Shown here: one piece after another, positions 1 to 11,717 of the stretch
Position numbering within the stretch: the first letter of the stretch is position 1
Layout: every line of letters begins with the position of its first letter
NCBI RefSeq assembly: GCF_018350175.1
Contig: NC_058368.1
Coordinates: 222,520,001 to 222,584,000 of the forward strand
Source of the DNA: Felis catus
Lineage: Eukaryota
Length of the DNA stretch: 64,000 nucleotides
Direction of reading: 5' to 3'
Made by a program: the position numbers and the translations under genes
Notes under the pieces: model-generated
Databases searched by the model: none
Told to the model about the DNA's origin: nothing
The model's input: the letters and a program-made list of their open reading frames with translations, nothing else

Positions 1-1365
1 TTTCTCCTCTACTAATAGGCCCTGGGTAGGAAAAAGACCATTTGTCTTTTAGCCTCACCCACACAGAATCTCTTTTCTATAACAGGGACTGGGGCAGAGG
101 TATGGCATGAGAGGAGGTAAGAGATGCCAGCCGATTGTCACTCCTAAAGTAAGACTCTAGTGTCAGACTGGAAAGAAAGGGAGAGGGCCCCATTTTGCTT
201 GACTATTCCCACCCATATTAGAGTCTCTGGAGGAGAGGTTGGATACTCTGGGCAACTGGACAGGAAACAGGTTGTGGCTGGCAGGCTATACTTAGCAATA
301 TTTAGTAGATTTTTTTAATAACGTTTCTCTCTGTGCTGTATACCATGAGGTCAATCTCCAGAAAGTTAAATTAGCGTATTTTATGTAAATAAATAATAAA
401 TAGTTGTTTCTCTGGGGAGAAGGTCTGCCGGGCGCTTCATTGTATCCATCCAAAAGTCCTACATCAGTAGCCTTTCATGTAAATTTTTTACCTGGGGGAC
501 ACCAGGTCCTTACAGGAGAATATATTTCTCTACAAGCCTCTGTGAGTGATTTTAAGTTCTGAAGCACTGAAAATAAAGACATTCATGTTTTTTTTCAGTA
601 TCTTTTTTGTTTTATTAGGCCTGTGTTCTATTTACCTTTGCAATAATTTCTCAAGGGCCCCATCTTTGTGTGGAACTCTGGGTGTCAATTTGTCCCACTT
701 GGAATGAACTCAGTATCTCTAGTCATTCCTTATGCAGCTACAAATATCATATTCCTTGATTTCTGGGAGATCACTCTAATGCAGGTAAAGCATCAAATCT
801 TCACACAACTTTAGTTTTCAGTTTCGCTGTGTCCTTACTTTCCTGAAATGACAAGAATTGATTTAAGAAGGGTATTTATTGCATCTCGCCCATCATTTTA
901 TGTTCTGTTGCTTGAGGATTTTCTGATTGCACCATTCAGATTATATAACCTTTCATTTATCAGCACAACTGAGAAGTTAAAAATATTGTTAAAATATGTA
1001 GTATATGGTAAGTCAGTATATGATTATAACATATTGTACCTGAAAATGTGAAAATACATTTACTCAGTTTTTTCCCTTTTCAAACATGATTACTCTTTGA
1101 TATTTTATTTTAGCAAATTAAGCAAGCTAAAAATATATAGTATTTACTTAATTCATAAATTTATTAGAATTATGATTGTTTATATTTTTCACAGCAAAAA
1201 CATACAAATTTTGTGGTTTATAAGTTTCATGTATTCAAAAATACAATTTTAATTTTCTTTCACCAAATGTATTTCACTTTTATTTTGTAATGGCAAAAAC
1301 CTGAGTGTTTCTATGTCTAACTACATGCACAATTCTGGTTTAAGTTTTGAAATTTATTCATGTCT

Positions 1366-1557
1366 GGGGCACCCGATTGGCTCAGTTGGTTAAGCACCAG
1401 ACTCTTGGTTTCAGCTCAGGTCATGATCTCACGGTTGAGGAGCTCAAGCTCTGTTCAGGCTCTGCACTGGCAGTGTGGAACCTGCTTGGTATTCTCTCTC
1501 TCCCTCTCTCTCTGCCCCCTCCCTCTCGAAAAGAAATAAACATGAAAAAAAAAAGAA
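1366..1557 (+). mobile_element. Can-SINE (SINEC_Fc-like)
   Basis: tRNA-derived head GGGGCACCCGATTGGCTCAGTTGGTTAAGC, (CT)n stretch, AATAAA plus A tail; imperfect TSD aaatttattcatgt/aaatttatttatgt. Confidence 0.95.
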
Positions 1558-1940
1558 AATTTATTTATGTTCAATAAACCCTCAATGAAATCCATCTCCC
1601 CACACATCCACCCACTTGTTTTGCTTTTCCACTTCCTGTTGGAAAAGATCTTGGGCATTACTTTATGGCATTCTGAGCAGGTCAGCTGGGTCTGGGCACC
1701 TCTCTGCTGTCTTCACTGTTGATATCTGTGAAAGCATGCTGGGGGAGAAGGTAATGCAAAGACTGGGATGGATGGGCAACTTGTCCTCCAGTGACTGCAG
1801 GCTCACTACCCATTCTTTCCCTCTGGGACTCCCCACGCACCCGCATCTGGCTTTTGCTCCCATACCAGGAATCAGCTGTGGGTTACAGCCACTTCACATG
1901 ATAGTGACACCCTTAGAAAATGAAACAGACACCTCTCCAT

Positions 1941-2102
1941 TCTCAGTACCTTCCAACCCCAAGGCTAGTGTGTAAGAATCTCTCCCCAGGTGCCCTGGGA
2001 AAAGGAAAGGACACACCAGTCTCAGTACCTTCCAACCTCCAGGTTGTTGTGTCAGAATGCACTGATTCTCTCCCCAGGTGCCACAGGGGAAGGAAAGGAA
2101 CA
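1941..2102. repeat. ~80-bp diverged tandem duplication
   Basis: tctcagtaccttccaacc at 1941 and 2020; tctctccccaggtgcc and ggaaagga also recur in the same order. Confidence 0.85.
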
Positions 2103-2176
2103 TCGTAGAGGTAGGAGAGGCAGCTATTTCAAGCTTTCTCAGCCTCACTTTAGACCACCCGACACACATTTCCCGT

Positions 2177-2550
2177 CAGGGAAAGCTTCGTGAGTTTGCG
2201 ACCTTCCTCGGTATATGACCCTGCATAGGATCCTATGCTTGGAAGAGTCTCACACTGGTTTTAGTGTCCTGCCCTCACCGTCTTGAAATTCTATATATAT
2301 ATACATATATATATGTATAATTAAATTATATAAATTTATATATATTTTATATATAATTTATATATATAAATTTATATATATTTTATATATAATTTATATA
2401 TATAATTTATATATAAAATATATATATAATATATATTCATATAATTTATATATAAATTTATATAAATTAAATATATATATATATATTTAACAAAGAGACT
2501 TACACATTCCTGTTTTGAACTGGTCCTTACAAAATATGTAGCTGGTATTG
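2177..2550 (+). mobile_element. MER45A-like hAT-Tip100 DNA transposon relic split by an AT expansion
   Basis: CAGGG..GCTTCGTGAG start, CCGTCTTGAAATTCT core and AAAATATGTAGCTGGT end match the recalled MER45A consensus. Confidence 0.75.
2292..2488. repeat. (TA)n / AT-only low-complexity tract
   Basis: ~200 bp almost entirely A/T. Confidence 0.95.
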
Positions 2551-3099
2551 ATTCCATTTGAAGTTGGAATATGCCACTTGAAGGTCCTCAGAAAGCCTAC
2601 CTTCTGGAAGCTTGCTGGATGCCATGTGTCATGTACCCTCTCCAACATGAAAGCCAGTAATGGACTGTTAATTCTTCTTCTAAAGATGAAGACAAAAAAT
2701 AATGACAAACTCCATGGTCTTGGTCCCCTAAATATTATCCAAGGGTTGTAGCACATCACGCTTCCTGCGGGATTTGGCCCAACCAGATTTGAAATGATCT
2801 CCCATACCTGCAGATTCTTCTCTTCTCCTTCTCTCACCTTCAAGACTCCATCTTGGGCAGTATTTATTTGATCTCTCCATCACTGGGGAATTGCTTCCCA
2901 TTCTGTCATTTATTACTTTTAGCTATAATCTGCCAGTTTGTACCTGTACTCCCATCCACTGACACACACACACACATAGCCACATACATATACAAACACA
3001 TTTGTATACAGTCAGTGAGTTCCAATGACTCACGTGGAATTTAGAGCAACAATAAGAACAGAACCCTAGAAAAGCCAGAAGTGTTATTTTTTTATAACT

Positions 3100-3114
3100 A
3101 TCTTTTGTTTTAAG

Positions 3115-3145
<31 letters not shown>

Positions 3146-3325
3146 CAAGCATGAGTGGGGGAAGGGCAGTGGGGGAAGGCAGAGAGGTAAAGACAGAATC
3201 CCAAGCAGGCTCCATACTGTTACCACAGAGCCTGATGCATAGTTTGAACTCATGAACTGTGAGATCATGACCTGAACTGAAATCAAAAGTCAGATGCTTA
3301 ACCTACTGAGCCACCCAGGCACCCC
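3100..3325 (-). mobile_element. Can-SINE
   Basis: T-rich tail, (GA)n, ends in gagccacccaggcacccc (reverse complement of the SINE head). Confidence 0.95.
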
Positions 3326-3721
3326 TCTCTCCTTAAAAACAATGAAATAATATGTACACTTTTGATCTCCTACATTACATAAGGATTACTTGAGAGTGTA
3401 CTTAGGAAGTCAACAATTCCAACTCTTAGAATTTAATCAATATGTTAAGTCTCCTAATGTTACTCTCCTAAGGGAGAAACTTTATGTTACAATGCTAAAA
3501 TGTCACTGATCCTTGATATTAAAAGCCACCACATCTTCCTAAAGACAAGAATAATTCCAATGATACCACAAGGTTTTCCCATTTTGTCAAACTCTCTACT
3601 GCTATGAAGATTAGATGTCAGGAAGATTGTGCCACAGAGATTTCTCTGTGCTGGTTCCTCTACCCAAACATAAGCAACTCGCTATATCATACTGTGCATG
3701 GTGATATCGCTATTCGATCAA

Positions 3722-4420
3722 TGTAGTATTAATTTTCTATTTCTGCTCTTAGAAATTACTACAACCCATGGTTTAAAACAACACGGATTTATTCCTTTAC
3801 ATCTCTGGAGTTCAGAAGTCCCAAGTGGGTCTCACTTGGCTAAAACCTTGATGTCCACAGAGCCGCATTTACTTTTAGGGGCTCCAGGGCAGAATCTTTT
3901 TTCTTGCCTTTTCTAGCTCCTGGAGGCTGGCTGAATTCTAGTGGTCATGCCCCACTTCCATCATGAAAGCCAGCATGGAGGGTTCAAATTCTTTCTCACA
4001 TTGCATTGCTCTAATATTGACCCTCCTGCCTCCCTCCTCCATCTTTTAAGAACTCTTGTGAACACATTGTGCCCATCCAGATAATCCAGGAAAATCTTCC
4101 TATTTTAAAGCTAGTAGATTAGCAACCTTTTTTTCCTCCTAAAAATCATTTACTTATTTATTTTGAGAGAGAAAGTACACATAAGCATGAGTGGGGGAGG
4201 GCCAGAGAGAGAGGGAGAGAGAGAGAATCCCAAGCAGGCTCCATGCCTGAGCTGAAATCAAGAGTTAGTCATTTAACCAACTGAACCACCCAGGAGCTTC
4301 TAAAATCTTAATTTTATCTTCAAACTTAATTCCTTGTTCCATGTAACATAATATATTCACAGTTTCCTGGGATTAAGAGGTAGATATATTTTGGCGGGGG
4401 TGTCCATTATTCAGCCTACT
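3722..4420 (-). mobile_element. MLT1D-like MaLR solo LTR, interrupted by a SINE
   Basis: Reverse complement of TAGGCTGAATAATGG...AATCCC...GTGAATAT at the right end; ccagataatccagga core; ctggagttcagaagtc near the left end. Confidence 0.8.
4128..4300 (-). mobile_element. Can-SINE with internal deletion
   Basis: Tail, (GA)n and head present; the body jumps directly from ggctccatg to cctgagctg. Confidence 0.9.
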
Positions 4421-5169
4421 AAAGTGCTTCTGACATCTTTTTCCATATATATTTCTGAATATAAACATTAGAATTGAGTGAAACTTGGGGAATGGATTGA
4501 CCCTAATCTTCATACTACCTCAGGTGAGGGTCCTATTAAAGAAACTCAGTAATTTTATCTTGCAGACCAGACAGCCAAGTGGTGCAACATGTTAGCTGGA
4601 GAATTTCTTTTTGGCACTCATGTATGTTTCAAACTACAAATTTTAAGGAATCTAAATAATTCTAGTCCTGTTTAATATTTCCAGAATTGATATTTTTCCT
4701 CTAGGGAATGTCAAATTTAGTTGATATTTTTAAAAATTATAGCCATCTATTTTCTTAGGAAATTTTATAAATTACCTTCTTCAGAATGGAAAGCAAAATA
4801 TAGATATTTGAAAATAAAATGTTAAAAGGGTGATGTGGAAATTTGAATGCATTTAGAAGAGGAAATGACAGTAAGCAATATATGTTGATATAATACCACT
4901 TTTTTTCTCAAAATATATGTTTTTAAGTTAGGTGATATAAAAAGAAGAATGAATAAGCATGTGGTTCCCACCTCTTGCCTTGGGAAATTTCATTATTCAT
5001 TGAATCTCCATATTTACCCCGTTTTTACTAAAGCCAGTAATTCTACAAATGTTTCAAACAGTCTCCAGTGGAGATAATTAAAATCAAGAACTTCTTCCAC
5101 ATCTCCTTTAGTGATTATTTATGTCTTGATAAATGTCACTGCTTTAGATAGGCTTTGGAGATGCTGTGG

Positions 5170-5200
5170 GTGTGTGTGTGTGTGTGTGCATGTGTATGTG

Positions 5201-5231
<31 letters not shown>
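5170..5231. repeat. (TG)n microsatellite
   Basis: Interrupted TG run. Confidence 0.95.
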
Positions 5232-5236
<5 letters not shown>

Positions 5237-5424
5237 TTTAAGATTGGCACATTGAAGAGGTGATTTGTAATTTTCTTGGAAATTTATATTTTAATATTGA
5301 TATGTCTTGTTTGGAGGTATAAATGTCAGGCTACTGCTATAATTTCAGGGTCATGCCTGCTTTCCTTTTTAAAAAACAGATTTACATTTGTGAAGATTTG
5401 CATTGGCAGCATGCGGAAGACATA

Positions 5425-5454
5425 TAGATAGATAGATAGATAGATAGATAGATG
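5425..5454. repeat. (GATA)n microsatellite
   Basis: Direct reading. Confidence 0.95.
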
Positions 5455-5494
5455 ACATGGAAAGTTAACTGTTAAATGCTATTGTTAACTACTC

Positions 5495-6170
5495 TATTAG
5501 TCAAACTGCATAAGAAAGTAATTTAAAAATCTCAATGGCATAAAAGAGTGGACATGTATTTTTCACAAGTTTGCTGTTAAGTTGGAGCAGCTCTTCTGCC
5601 TCTAGTTGGACAAGTGATGTTTTATTCTGTGTATCTTATCTTTTAAATCATACGTATATATAAATATAAATATATATAAATATAATCATATAATATATAT
5701 TATATAATCATTATATATAAATATAATCACATAATATGTATATAATATATAATATATATAATATATATAAATATATATTATATATATAATTATTTTCCTA
5801 TTCTTTACTTTAAAAATTTTTAAATAAGTTATTTTTATAATTAATTTACAGTGTTACATGTATCTTATACTATGAACTAGGGCTAGTACAGTGTTATATT
5901 TGTATCTTATTCATATACTAGGAACCAGGGTGGGCATACTTTTCTAAGGATGATTATAGAAGCCACAGTAGGCACATCCAAATTCACAAGCACATTTGAA
6001 TGCTCTTCCTGAATCAGACGCTACCCTATTATTGGCCAAAGCAAGTTGTATGACTGATCCAAAAGTTGAGTAAAAGGGAATTTGCTTGAAACTCTAGGTT
6101 ACTAAACGGTCTATAAAATCTATGGCAAAGAACATGAGTAGAGAAATAGGTAAATAATTGGAACCACTAA
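5495..6170 (-). mobile_element. Old MLT1 (J/K-like) LTR with an internal AT-rich tract (5655-5790)
   Basis: aatctcaatggc, attggccaaagcaagt and cacaagcacattt motifs typical of old MLT1. Confidence 0.55.
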
Positions 6171-6354
6171 TTTATTGTAATTCAATTTCATTTCTTCTCT
6201 TTAATTACAAAGATAAAGAATTTTGTGGGGATTGAATTATACTACACAGTCAAAAGGAAAATTTATTTCAATGAAAGATACTTCTACTGATGATAGCTAT
6301 CTAATTTATTATTCTTTTAAAAAGCACATCTGCATTTCACAATAGCATTTGTGG

Positions 6355-6560
6355 TGATGGTAATAATAACTATAGAAAGTCATTGAACAATTTCTGTGCA
6401 CCAAGTAATATTTTAAGTGCTACAGATTGGTTGTATAATTTAATCTCTTCAATGACCTTATGTTTTCTCCAGCAGATATAGATCCTGAGGCTTTTCTATT
6501 TCCTTGCCCAGTGATAGCCATTTATTATGTATTGGTGCTAAAATATAAATCTATGCCTGT
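6355..6560 (-). mobile_element. MIR fragment
   Basis: taataataac..attgaacaatttctgtgcaccaag..tttaatctcttcaatgacctta..ttgccca. Confidence 0.55.
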
Positions 6561-7029
6561 ATTTATGACAAAAATTTAAAATCATATTTTAAAATATTTT
6601 ACCTAAAATATTTATGTGATTTATGTTATTTTATTGTGAGATAGTTCCTTTTTTATTCTCTTCTAGTGATCTCTCTCTTAGCTGTATAGAGAAGGGAAAC
6701 AAAAGGAGAATATAATAGAATATCTTGTGATAAGCCCCCCTCTAAAATATTCCTGACAATCAGACCAGTGAAAAATAGACAGAGATTATTGTTTGAAAAA
6801 CTGACTCTTGAAATGTGCAGGCAGACCATTTGTTTAATGTGAGAGTTATTTGCCATGCCTCCATCTGGGATTCAAAAATATACTTTATTGCTTAACACTG
6901 TCCTTTACTTTAGGAATAGTCAAACATATCTCAAGTAAAAATAAGACTTTTGTTTTATGTGTTTGCTTATTTTTCCATTTTCCATATCAGATACTCATAT
7001 TTAATATTAATTGTATAATATGCATTTAA

Positions 7030-7275
7030 ATAATAAATAATAATAATAATAATATTTATAGAGTGCCACTCTTTTAAGAACATTAATATGTTAGCTTTGT
7101 GTACCTCACTTCACAGCAAATGTGTAAGATATTATGGCAAAAAGTTAAACCCACGAATTAAGTAATTTCTTCAGATTCCCCGCCCCCCCCCCCCCCAGAA
7201 AGTGGAATAGCATACTTTCAAATGCAGGTAGGTTAATTCTATTCTTCAAGATATTAACTACTGTGCAGTATAGCC
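7030..7275 (-). mobile_element. MIR fragment
   Basis: atttatagagtgcc..ttaagtaattt..ttcaaatgcagg..ttaactactgtgc. Confidence 0.5.
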
Positions 7276-7587
7276 CTTCTAGAAAATAAAACTTTGCAGA
7301 AATGACAGGGTGTTCAATTCTGCTACCAGTTACCAGACAAAAGTATGTGATATTATGTAAATTCTTGACACTAGTATTTTTTTGGATTACTTAGTAAAAT
7401 TATATTCAATATGTCAAAGTTTTAAGTGGTAGAAATTCCTGATGCATATGAGTCAATATATTCAAGCTGTTTAACTGATAACAATGGAAATTAAAACCAC
7501 GTTTCCAAAATGAGAAGAAAATCTGTATTATTAAAAAAAGAAAAAAAAAAAAGAAAAAAGAAAAGGAGGGCATTGAAACCTTAGGTA

Positions 7588-7873
7588 GGAAGCGCCTGGG
7601 TGGTTCAGTAGGTTAAGCTTCAGAATTCGGCTCAGGTCATGACTGAATTCGAGTCAGGTCATGATCTCGCAGTTCTCGACTTTGAGCCGCGCATCAGGAT
7701 CTGTGCTGACAGCTCAGAGCCTGGAGCCTTCTTCGGATCCTGTGTCTCCCTCTCTCTCTGCTCCTCCCCCAGGTACTCTCTCTCTTTGTCTTTCTGTCTC
7801 AAAAATAAGTAAATATTAAAAAAGAAAGAAAGAAAGGAAGAAGGAAAGAAAGAAAAGGAGAGAAAGAAAGAAA
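7588..7873 (+). mobile_element. Can-SINE with duplicated head segment and (GAAA)n tail
   Basis: SINE head and body; TSD gaaaccttaggta (7575-7587) / gaaaccctagtta (7874-7886). Confidence 0.95.
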
Positions 7874-9562
7874 GAAACCCTAGTTAAGGTTGGATGGCCA
7901 CTTAAGTGGGTTCAGTTTTAATTATTATTCTTGCTGAGGTTTAAGAAATGCTCAGCTATTATATAATACTCCTTATGAACTCTGACCTAGTTTACCCTTA
8001 GGAGCTGAGGGCAAAGGCAGACCTCTCTGAGAAAGACCAAATATTTTACTACACCCATAGGAAAGACTGAAATTAGTTCCGTTGGTCCTTTGCTATACTT
8101 TCTTCTTTCCCACTTGGGTGGAGATCTGCCGCCATTACAGACTTGACTTTACTATTTCTACTCAGATATTTAGAAAGATGCAGCCCCAACAAATCTGGCC
8201 ATTTTTGCCTTGGATAAAAATTGAACTTTTGAAAGAATCAAAATAAGCCATTACTGGAGACTCTGTTTTGTTTTTGTGGTAACCGCACAATTACCATGAT
8301 GAAAAGCAATATGATATTTTAAGTAAATGGATCTTACAAAAATACATTTCACCATTCCAAGCAGAAAAATCCTATAAAGCAAAATACTAAAATGTCTGTG
8401 TTTATAACTTGCATTTTTATTTTCTTTTAAATTGAGAACACCAAATCTGGCATTATATCTGCATGTATACATACATATACACATATGTGCATATATTCAC
8501 ATATGTATTTCCCATATATATGAAAATAATATATACTTTTTAGCAAGTATAAGGTTTATATTTTAGTTCTTTTCATCTCAGCTCAGAAATTGGGACTGCA
8601 GTAGTCATTTAAAAGCTGGTTTTCTATCCTTTTCAATTTTTATTCCCAGGAAAATGTGTTAATGACCCAACCCCTGGTCTATATCCTTGGCATGTTTTCA
8701 ATGATTATATTGCACTGCCCATTTCCAGGACAGTTGAACAAATGTGACTTTTTTATCTTTTAAGTGCTAAAAATTAAAATACTGATTTAAAACAGTAATC
8801 ATATTTTGGCTTTGTCAGAATAATGAGGAACTTCAAATTGATGGCACCACTTTTGAGTTTTTTCATACTTAACACAAGTCTTATTCTGCCTACAATTTTA
8901 ATCTTGAAATATTTATTTATTTCTGAAAGAAAAAAGAATAGAAAATCAGATGTGTGAGTATATCTGATTGTATGTGTTTATTTTTTTTCCCCAAAGAAAG
9001 GCTTATACCTGACTTAAGTGTTTTTAATTTTGTGCTTGAAATATGGAAATAGACTTTTGGAACCAGGTACCTGTTCTAAAACTCTGAAAAGCCCATTTTT
9101 TTTTAACCCAAATCACTTTATAATACCTTTAATCATATCATGCTGCTAAAGGTCATAGCATTTTTATAGAAATATAGACACTTTAATGTCAAGTCAGAAA
9201 GAGGCATTCTCCCACATTAACAAAGAGTTACTAACACATAAAATAACTTCCACACAGACATCAAAATATGTTCTTATGATCAGCCATCCTTTAATTAATC
9301 AATTTTTCCTTCTTACAGAGATGGTCAGGACCGTGGATAGTTCATGAACTTTCTGGAACCATTTTCATCTATCATAACATCCAAAAACACTGTCAGATAA
9401 GAACTTTTCACTGTTAGTTTAAACAATCTTCCTTTTAAAGACAAAATGAGGACTCCCTCAAATAGCTTTTTCTCTAACTAATCTGACCTGTTTTGGGAAA
9501 GGCATGAGAAACTAATGAATTTGGTTGATTCCTCACTCAACTTCCATCATCCCTCAAATTTA

Positions 9563-9871
9563 ATTTTTTTTATTGTTTTTATTTTATTTTATTTTATTTT
9601 ATTTTATTTTATTTTATTTTATTTTATACCCAAGTTAGTTACACATAGTGCAGTGATGATTTCAGAAGTAGATTCCTTAATGCCCCTTACCCATTTAGCC
9701 CACCCCCTTCCCACAACCCCTCTAGTAACCCTCTGTTTGTTCTCCATATTTAAGAGTCATATGTTTTGTCCCTTTCCTTGTTTTCATATGGTTTTTGCTT
9801 CCCTTCCCTTATGTTCATCTGTTTTGTGTCTTGAAGTCCCCATATGAGTGAAGTCATATGACATTTGTCTT
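9563..9871 (-). mobile_element. 5'-truncated carnivore L1 3' end
   Basis: (TTTTA)n tail, C-rich 3'UTR complement, and catatgagtgaagtcatatg..ttgtcttc at the ORF2 end. Confidence 0.85.
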
Positions 9872-9879
9872 CCTCAATA

Positions 9880-10083
9880 TTTATTTATTTTTGAGAGGGA
9901 GAGAGGGTGGGGTGGGGGCAGAGAACACAAACGGGGGAGGGGCAGAGAGACAGGGACAGAGTATCTGAAGCAGTCTCCGTGCTGACAGCAGAAAGCCCAA
10001 TGTGGGGCTCAAACTCACAAACCGGGAGATCATGACCTGAGCCAAAGTCGGAAGCTTAACTGACTGAGCCACCCAGGCACCCC
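9880..10083 (-). mobile_element. Can-SINE
   Basis: Ends in gagccacccaggcacccc. Confidence 0.95.
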
Positions 10084-10315
10084 AGAGTCTCTCAAATTTT
10101 AGATGTAGTTTTGTTCTAGCTACAAGGCACCGCCAGAACGCCATTCTCCATCACAAGGCGAGGGAGGGAATGGGGTCTCAGAGCTCTCAGTTCCACCAGC
10201 TGTGCTTTCTTGCCCCCAGAGGTGAGGGAGAGGCAGGGGAGGGGGCAAGAAGGAGAGCATGATGAACCATCTCCACCTGTAAAGTCATTTTGAAACCCCA
10301 GGAGGAGAAACTCAC

Positions 10316-10522
10316 CTTTCTTCATTGGCAGAATAAGGCGGCTGAGAGTTTGGTTGACTACAGGAGAATTACTCAGCATCTCTCTGACTAAGGGTACTTG
10401 CAACTTACACAGCTCCAGCCACCTCTCCACAGTATGACCCTGTGCTCCCTGACACCCATCTGATGGGGTTTTAGAGTCTCTGTGTTTACTTCCCATGCCT
10501 TTATCGATGCTATAGGAGCTAC
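10316..10522 (-). other. Candidate 207-bp internal exon (unverified)
   Basis: Acceptor cctttgcttttggcAG, donor AAG|GTGAGT, length 69 codons, open in phase 1-1. Confidence 0.25.
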
Positions 10523-10640
10523 CTGCCAAAAGCAAAGGTAGCTTGTCTTTTTTTGTTGTTCCCTTAAAATAATTAACAATACACACATTTTAAGAAGCCA
10601 AGATATCAAAAATAATTAATTAATTAAAATACCTATTTCT

Positions 10641-10744
10641 GGCATGCATAGATGGCTTAGTCAGTTACGTTTCTGACTTGATTTTGGGTCAGGTCATGAT
10701 CTCCTGGGTCTAGCTCTGTGCTTTCAGTGCAGAATCTGCTTGGG

Positions 10745-10795
<51 letters not shown>

Positions 10796-10819
10796 ATAAA
10801 TAAATAAACCCAATAAAAT
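10641..10819 (+). mobile_element. Diverged Can-SINE with long (CT)n
   Basis: gatggcttagtcagtta..caggtcatgatctc; TSD aaaatacctatttctg/aaaacacatatttctg. Confidence 0.9.
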
Positions 10820-10876
10820 AAAACACATATTTCTGCACTCAAAATAATTACATTAATTTTAACATGCTGACTTTAG

Positions 10877-10878
<2 letters not shown>

Positions 10879-10917
<39 letters not shown>
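10879..10917. repeat. (GT)n microsatellite
   Basis: Direct reading. Confidence 0.97.
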
Positions 10918-10918
<1 letters not shown>

Positions 10919-10999
10919 CTTTCCCTTCTCATACCTGTGAGGGATTATAGATGCCCCACCTTTTGAGAGGAGGTGACCCTGGTTTCTGCCCACAAACTA

Positions 11000-11189
11000 T
11001 TTTTTTAATGTTTATTCATTTATTTTTAGAGAGAGAGAGTGAGCAGGGGAGAAGCAGAGAGAGGGAGAGAGAGAATCCCATGCTGTAAGCATGGAGCCTG
11101 ATGCAGGATTCAATCTCATGAGGGGTGAGGTCATAACCTGAGCCAAAATCAAGAGTTGGATACTGAACAGACTGAGCCACCCAAGTGCC
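11000..11189 (-). mobile_element. Can-SINE
   Basis: Ends in gactgagccacccaagtgcc. Confidence 0.93.
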
Positions 11190-11669
11190 AAACTTCATTT
11201 ACCAGCTTAACATGATTGATAACTTCTAAATATTGAAACATATATGGGTCTTGATTTCTATTGTTCCCTGTGTCCTAAGAATGTTGAACACTGATTTAAA
11301 TATTTTATTAGATATAAGAAAACAACCAAATCCATTCACAAAAACAAATATAAACTTCAAGCCAATCCCTAATTTTAAAATGTAATGACACATTCCATTT
11401 AATATCTTGTTTAAGGTGGAGCCCTTGTGATATCTTTGATGATTTAATTGCGTTCACTTTTCAACAAGGTTCATTTCTTCCCAGGACAAAGTATTCTGTT
11501 TGCCTATCAAAGATTTATTTTTCAAACCTCTTTAGTTTTAAAAGCATGGGGCAAATATATCTCACCCATATTAAAAAAAGTAGATTAAAGACAGATTAGT
11601 GTTCATAGGTAAAAAATGTTTTAGCTCAATTTTGTTTACAGCTATTTAATTATTAACCCAATATATACC

Positions 11670-11672
<3 letters not shown>

Positions 11673-11714
<42 letters not shown>
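11673..11714. repeat. (CA)n microsatellite
   Basis: Direct reading. Confidence 0.97.

Positions 11715-11717
<3 letters not shown>

Noticed and set aside
1366..1450. tRNA-like A/B boxes, here and in about 27 other places
   Set aside because: tRNA-derived Can-SINE heads, not tRNA genes
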